Source: Klebsormidium nitens
Taxonomy: Eukaryota; Plantae; Klebsormidiophyceae
NCBI GenBank assembly: GCA_000708835.1
Contig: DF237214.1
Span: forward strand, 54,629-118,628
DNA length: 64,000 bases
Direction of reading: 5' to 3'
In this document: in pieces, positions 59,662 to 64,000 of the stretch
How positions within the stretch are numbered: the first letter of the stretch is position 1
Layout: the number at the start of each line of letters is the position of its first letter
Position numbers and translations under genes: made by a program
The notes under the pieces: generated by a model
What the model was told of the DNA's origin: nothing
The model's database searches: none
What the model saw: only the letters and a program-made list of their open reading frames with translations

Positions 59662-62388
59662 TTGTTACAGGTGGAAATAAGCGCCAACACTCGTAAGGAA
59701 CGCCCCAGACGGGAAACTTACGTAGCCCGAAAATGTCAACCAAACCAGTGCTTTTTCTTATAGATGTCGGCGATTTTCTTGGCTCTTTGGTCTTGGGGAC
59801 TGCCAAGACGGCATATTAGATTTCGTGAGTACAGGTGGTTCACCTATAAACGTAAGCTCATGAAACATGAGCACTTAATGCGAGAGCAAAGTACCTGTGA
59901 AGTAGTGTGTCAAGTGAAGACGGTTGTCAATTGTCAAAGTACGTAGTTAAACTCAGTCCTTCCGGCTTGAAACATTGTGTCCCGAGCAGTCAGCTCGCTT
60001 CAAACTCTGTATGTAATTAGGGACTGTAAGTTAAATAAGGACATGCACACCCTTAGAAAAACGTCGCAATTGTAATTATGCATGACAGTGTTTGAATGTT
60101 TCAATCACAATCTGAGGATCGAATGTCCTACCGCGTTAATTCCATGGTATTGCATGCGCGCACGAATGGATCATGATCATGGCAAACGCGTTGCACAAGT
60201 CTGTTAGTGTTAGACGGGAGTCGAACTTACTAACACATGGCGGCCAGGCACAATCACTGCATGAAGTGGAGGCTGGGGGGCTTTTATGAACTTCGGAAAC
60301 ACGCACGATCATTAGAAGACTCATATATGTTCTCTTCATGCGCGGTCAGTTTTTTCCGGGCCTTCGATGACTAATTCTTCCCCTGCGTCGCTCAAATGAA
60401 TGCTGTACCTTTCATAGAGCAAAGCCTGTAACAAGTACGCGCATGCAGTGGTCGGACTAAGCTATTCATACCGGGATTCTGCATTGCTGTTTTGCTGACG
60501 GGCAATTCCATGTTTAGAAGTTAGTTGTCAGATGGATCATTGCATGCGAAGTCTCAGTTCCGATTACTGTTATCATTAAGGATTCAGATCTGACGCCGCA
60601 ACTATGCACGTCCACGGCTTTTCTTGTCCGGCTCGTCGTTGCTGTCATTAGCCGTGCGCTTGCACGTCAAACGGAGCTAGTATGTTGCTTTTAAATGTAA
60701 GTCTACCTTGGTGCTACTTTTGGCAGCACGATTCGCGAAACTGCCGTGTTCCCCTCTATTTTTGGCCCTTCGAATGTCATCTGCTCTTGGTCCTCAGCGC
60801 CATCTATTGCAGCTGAAATGACAGCACGCAGGTCACAACGGGAGTCGCTGAAGTACGTGCAACCAGTGCGGGTCGAAGGCGGTAATTATGCAGCCGTTTT
60901 CAAAGCGCATGAACTCATTCCGATCGGCTCCCTTTTGCCCAAAATTCCGCACTGCACACACGAGCACCCTCAGAACACCACATGGGCTCTGCTCCTCCCC
61001 CATCGGACTATCTTTTCGGCCGTCCCTCTGTCATCGCCCTTCCGCGTCTCTTTTTTGCCTGACACCGAATCCCGTCATCATTCCCGCTCGTCTGCCCACC
61101 ACCCACCCCCTTCGCCCCTTCTTCCCCGCCTGATCCTCCCGCCCCCCTCGGCCCGCTTCCGCTTGACACACCGTGTTCTCTATTGCCGCCCTTTCATGGC
61201 CTCTTTCATCCCCTCCCGATACCCCCAACGAAGCGCTGCGGCGCATCCGGATACCTCGTGGCGCGGCTCCACGTACAGCCTTTGCAGCGCGGGGCGCAAA
61301 GCCTCCCCCCAGCCTTGGCCGCAGCAGCTGGCACAAAGGGGCGGCTCGATTCAGTAACGACTGGCCGGACGCCCGCATTGACAATAGACGAAAATCATCG
61401 TTCTAACTATAAAAGTCTGGCTGCCTCTGCATTCGCGGAGCGTGAGCGTGAGGGAATGGGAAGGACGGAGGAAGGAGAGGGAACATGTTAGTGCCGGGAA
61501 GCTCAGCCTCGAGTTCTTGTTGTCTCAAGAGTGGATGCTTGGATTGTGCACTCTTGAGTTGGCCTCTGGACAGATGAAAGTGCGGAGACACAATAGCAAG
61601 AAACGGGACACGGTTAGACACTTTGCTGTTTCCTGCATCCGAAGTAGTGTCACTGTCATCGAAGCATCATTGTCGGGATCTAGACCCACCTACGTACAGT
61701 AGGTGCCGCTGCTTTTCCACCGGTTCGCCTTATGGGCAGCTCGTTCAAGAAGGTTGGAATTCAAAAATGAGCGAGAGCTGAGTCGAATTAGCACCGTGTC
61801 GTTCTTAACAGAGCGCCTCGCAATCGATCAACAAAAATCCTCAGACATAGCCTCCACGACTTCAATGAAGTCCGGATTTTAGGGTGTATCCTGCTCATGT
61901 ACGAAAAACTCACCAAGAACGACCGCATCTTGAACGCAGGGGCTGCTAGTAGTCGGGTGCCACAGCCTTGCACCGGCGCCTCATGCCACTCCGGCAACTG
62001 CACAGAAGCAGTGAAGAGCAGCTGATCGAGGTACGAACTTCTCGGGCTCACTCCTTCTGAAAAAGCAACCGGAAAGACGAAAGTAATCTTTGACTTGCAA
62101 GACAATCTGATCAGTGCGCGCCTTTCTGTGAAGTGCAGATTCTCCTGCTGGCATCTAGAGTTTAACGTCCCTCAAGCTTTAGCAAGCTGCCGACTTTGCA
62201 TCAGTATCAGTTGGACACATCCTGAATGTGACGATCAAGTGGCCAGATCGTTCGAAACCCTCAGAAGTGTCGTCTGTCACCCTTGGAGTATCACCACAGT
62301 AAACAGTGTGTAGTGGTCTTGACACCCTCGCAAAATTGAGTTCATGGGCAATCTGGGTAAACATGAAGACACAGTCGGAGAACGTTGC

Positions 62389-63290
62389 TTACTGGTCAGA
62401 TTCTTCGTCCTTCAGCAATAAAGTCTCGTCCTTGAGGCCCGGGCCGCTCGAACCAGCTCCTTCCCCCACGATCTGGTCATACAGCTCCTTGGCGTTGCTT
62501 ATCGAGTTTACCCGCTCTGCAAAGCAACGGCGTATGAAGAGGGCTTTAGGGACCGCTGGAAATCAGCAGCATGTAACACACACTACTAGCTAGGGCCTTT
62601 GTTAAAAGATACAAACAGGACAAGAAACAAGATTGTCTGTTCGATCGCTTTCAACACCACGTTGTATACCGCTCCAGCCTACACCCCCTGAAAAAAGCGG
62701 GTGGCTTAGCCAGCCGCTAGCAGTGATTGGGGACACCGCATGGACAAAAATCTCTCCAAGCACCACTACAACGTGTCAGCACCGTAGCACAACCACATCA
62801 CAGAATTGTTGCGAAACCTAACACTCCTGCAGTAAACTGACAGTTCCTGCCATTTCCAATGCGCGCCGCTGGTAGCATTCCTCGGAAGTTGCTAGAAGCA
62901 CCTACCCGTTTGATTCGAACCCATGGATCTCAAAGTGGACATCTGGTGCAACATTCAAAGCGCCCAAAAGTTGGGCAGAATAGAGCGAACAGTGTAGGCA
63001 AAGTCGCATTCCATTCCAGAGCCAACGGCTCTTGACCTTGGTCTTCTTTAGATTAGTCAGTCTCCTACAGAGCTCTAATACCAGCCTGGATGTTAGATAC
63101 GCCTAAACAGACCTGCCTCTGAAAGGAACTTCCGGAGTGCCAACGTTTCAGCCTTCAAGGCCTCCAAGTGATATTCTTCCTCCAAGTTATCTCCTTCCAA
63201 TGCACTTGTCCGCTTGGCGGCCGCAAGTTCAATTTCCGATCTCCAATCCAGATTTTGAATCTTGCCAGTTGCAGCTCCACTTCCTCAAGC
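62389..63290 (-). CDS. 3' end of a coiled-coil protein gene (exons ~63290-63113 and 62516-62389); upstream part unresolved
   Basis: KIQNLDWRSEIELAAAKR..EYHLEALKAETLALRKFLSEA|ERVNSISNAKELYDQIVG..DEESDQ*; a phase-1 donor and acceptor match. Upstream frames contain stops. Confidence 0.45.
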
Positions 63291-64000
63291 TGCAAACAGA
63301 CATCGCTGGGACATAAGGGCAGGGCAGCATTGCGTACTCTTCTAACATCGGTTACAAGGATTGAGCTTTTTCCACCACTGTGACATCAAGCTGCTCAAGC
63401 TTACACTGCCCTAAGATCTCAAGTCAACGTGCTTTAGTGTTCAGGTTGCAAATCCTTTCCTCCACAAGTGATATCTTGATCAATATGATAGGCAAGGAGT
63501 GGCCTGAGGCAAGAGAGCTTCTCACATCCCTTTCATATGGCTAGGCAAGACGAAGTCGCTCAGAAGGCAACATTGAAGACTGACATACTTACATTCGTTC
63601 TGCTGACTGCGAGGGACTCCCTGTTGTACCATCTGACACTTTTCCAAAGAGAAGGCTGGTTGCTCCTCTACTACTAGCTAGGGGCTTCTGGCCAGCTGCA
63701 ACTTGCAACACCGGTGTGTCGACCAACTTGCAAAAAGCAGTGACCCAGCTGCTGGATTGCCCTTTCTTTCCTGTGAACACTCGATAACGGAAAGGTGCAA
63801 TGCCTTGGGCTATACATTAGTCAACGAGTGCAGAACGCCATGGAACGCCTCCGTGACGCGTCTAAATTGCCCCTGCAACTTTCTAGCATGCAGCTAGGGG
63901 TGACGTTCTGCTCCTTCCTCGTCAGTACGTTCTGACAGTGAAGTTCAATGTCCTGCAATGCTGCATGCCGAGTCGCTTAAGGTAGAAGTATGGCATTCCT

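Noticed and set aside
60746-62110. GC-rich ORFs on both strands with a pyrimidine-rich tract, possibly a gene 5' end
   Set aside because: No consistent ATG/splice model or recognisable product; left unannotated.

Overview
Eukaryotic nuclear DNA with intron-rich, GC-rich exons and plant-type gene families. This is consistent with a streptophyte alga such as Klebsormidium (inference, not verified). Splice models were rebuilt by hand from GT-AG sites and frame continuity. In order along the window: 5' part of a DCL1-type Dicer (-); an F-box/LRR/Cys-rich gene (-) with a 7-nt micro-exon and two related MITEs; an unresolved 10.4-15.5 kb region; a ~180-bp tandem repeat; an R2R3-MYB (-) with a frameshift; an assembly gap; a decayed MYND-finger gene and an ARM-like gene (-); organellar SUV3 helicase (-, 10 exons) head-to-head with organellar isoleucyl-tRNA synthetase (+, 18 exons); an RLK/Pelle kinase with several N-terminal hydrophobic segments (+); and the 3' end of a coiled-coil gene (-). 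The most striking unexplained pattern is that introns of four unrelated genes carry tandem copies of the ends of the adjacent exon, splice site included. The best-preserved copies differ from the live exon only at synonymous positions (8/8, 8/8, 7/7). Neutral decay of a simple self-duplication does not predict this. No rRNA, tRNA or CRISPR was recognised.
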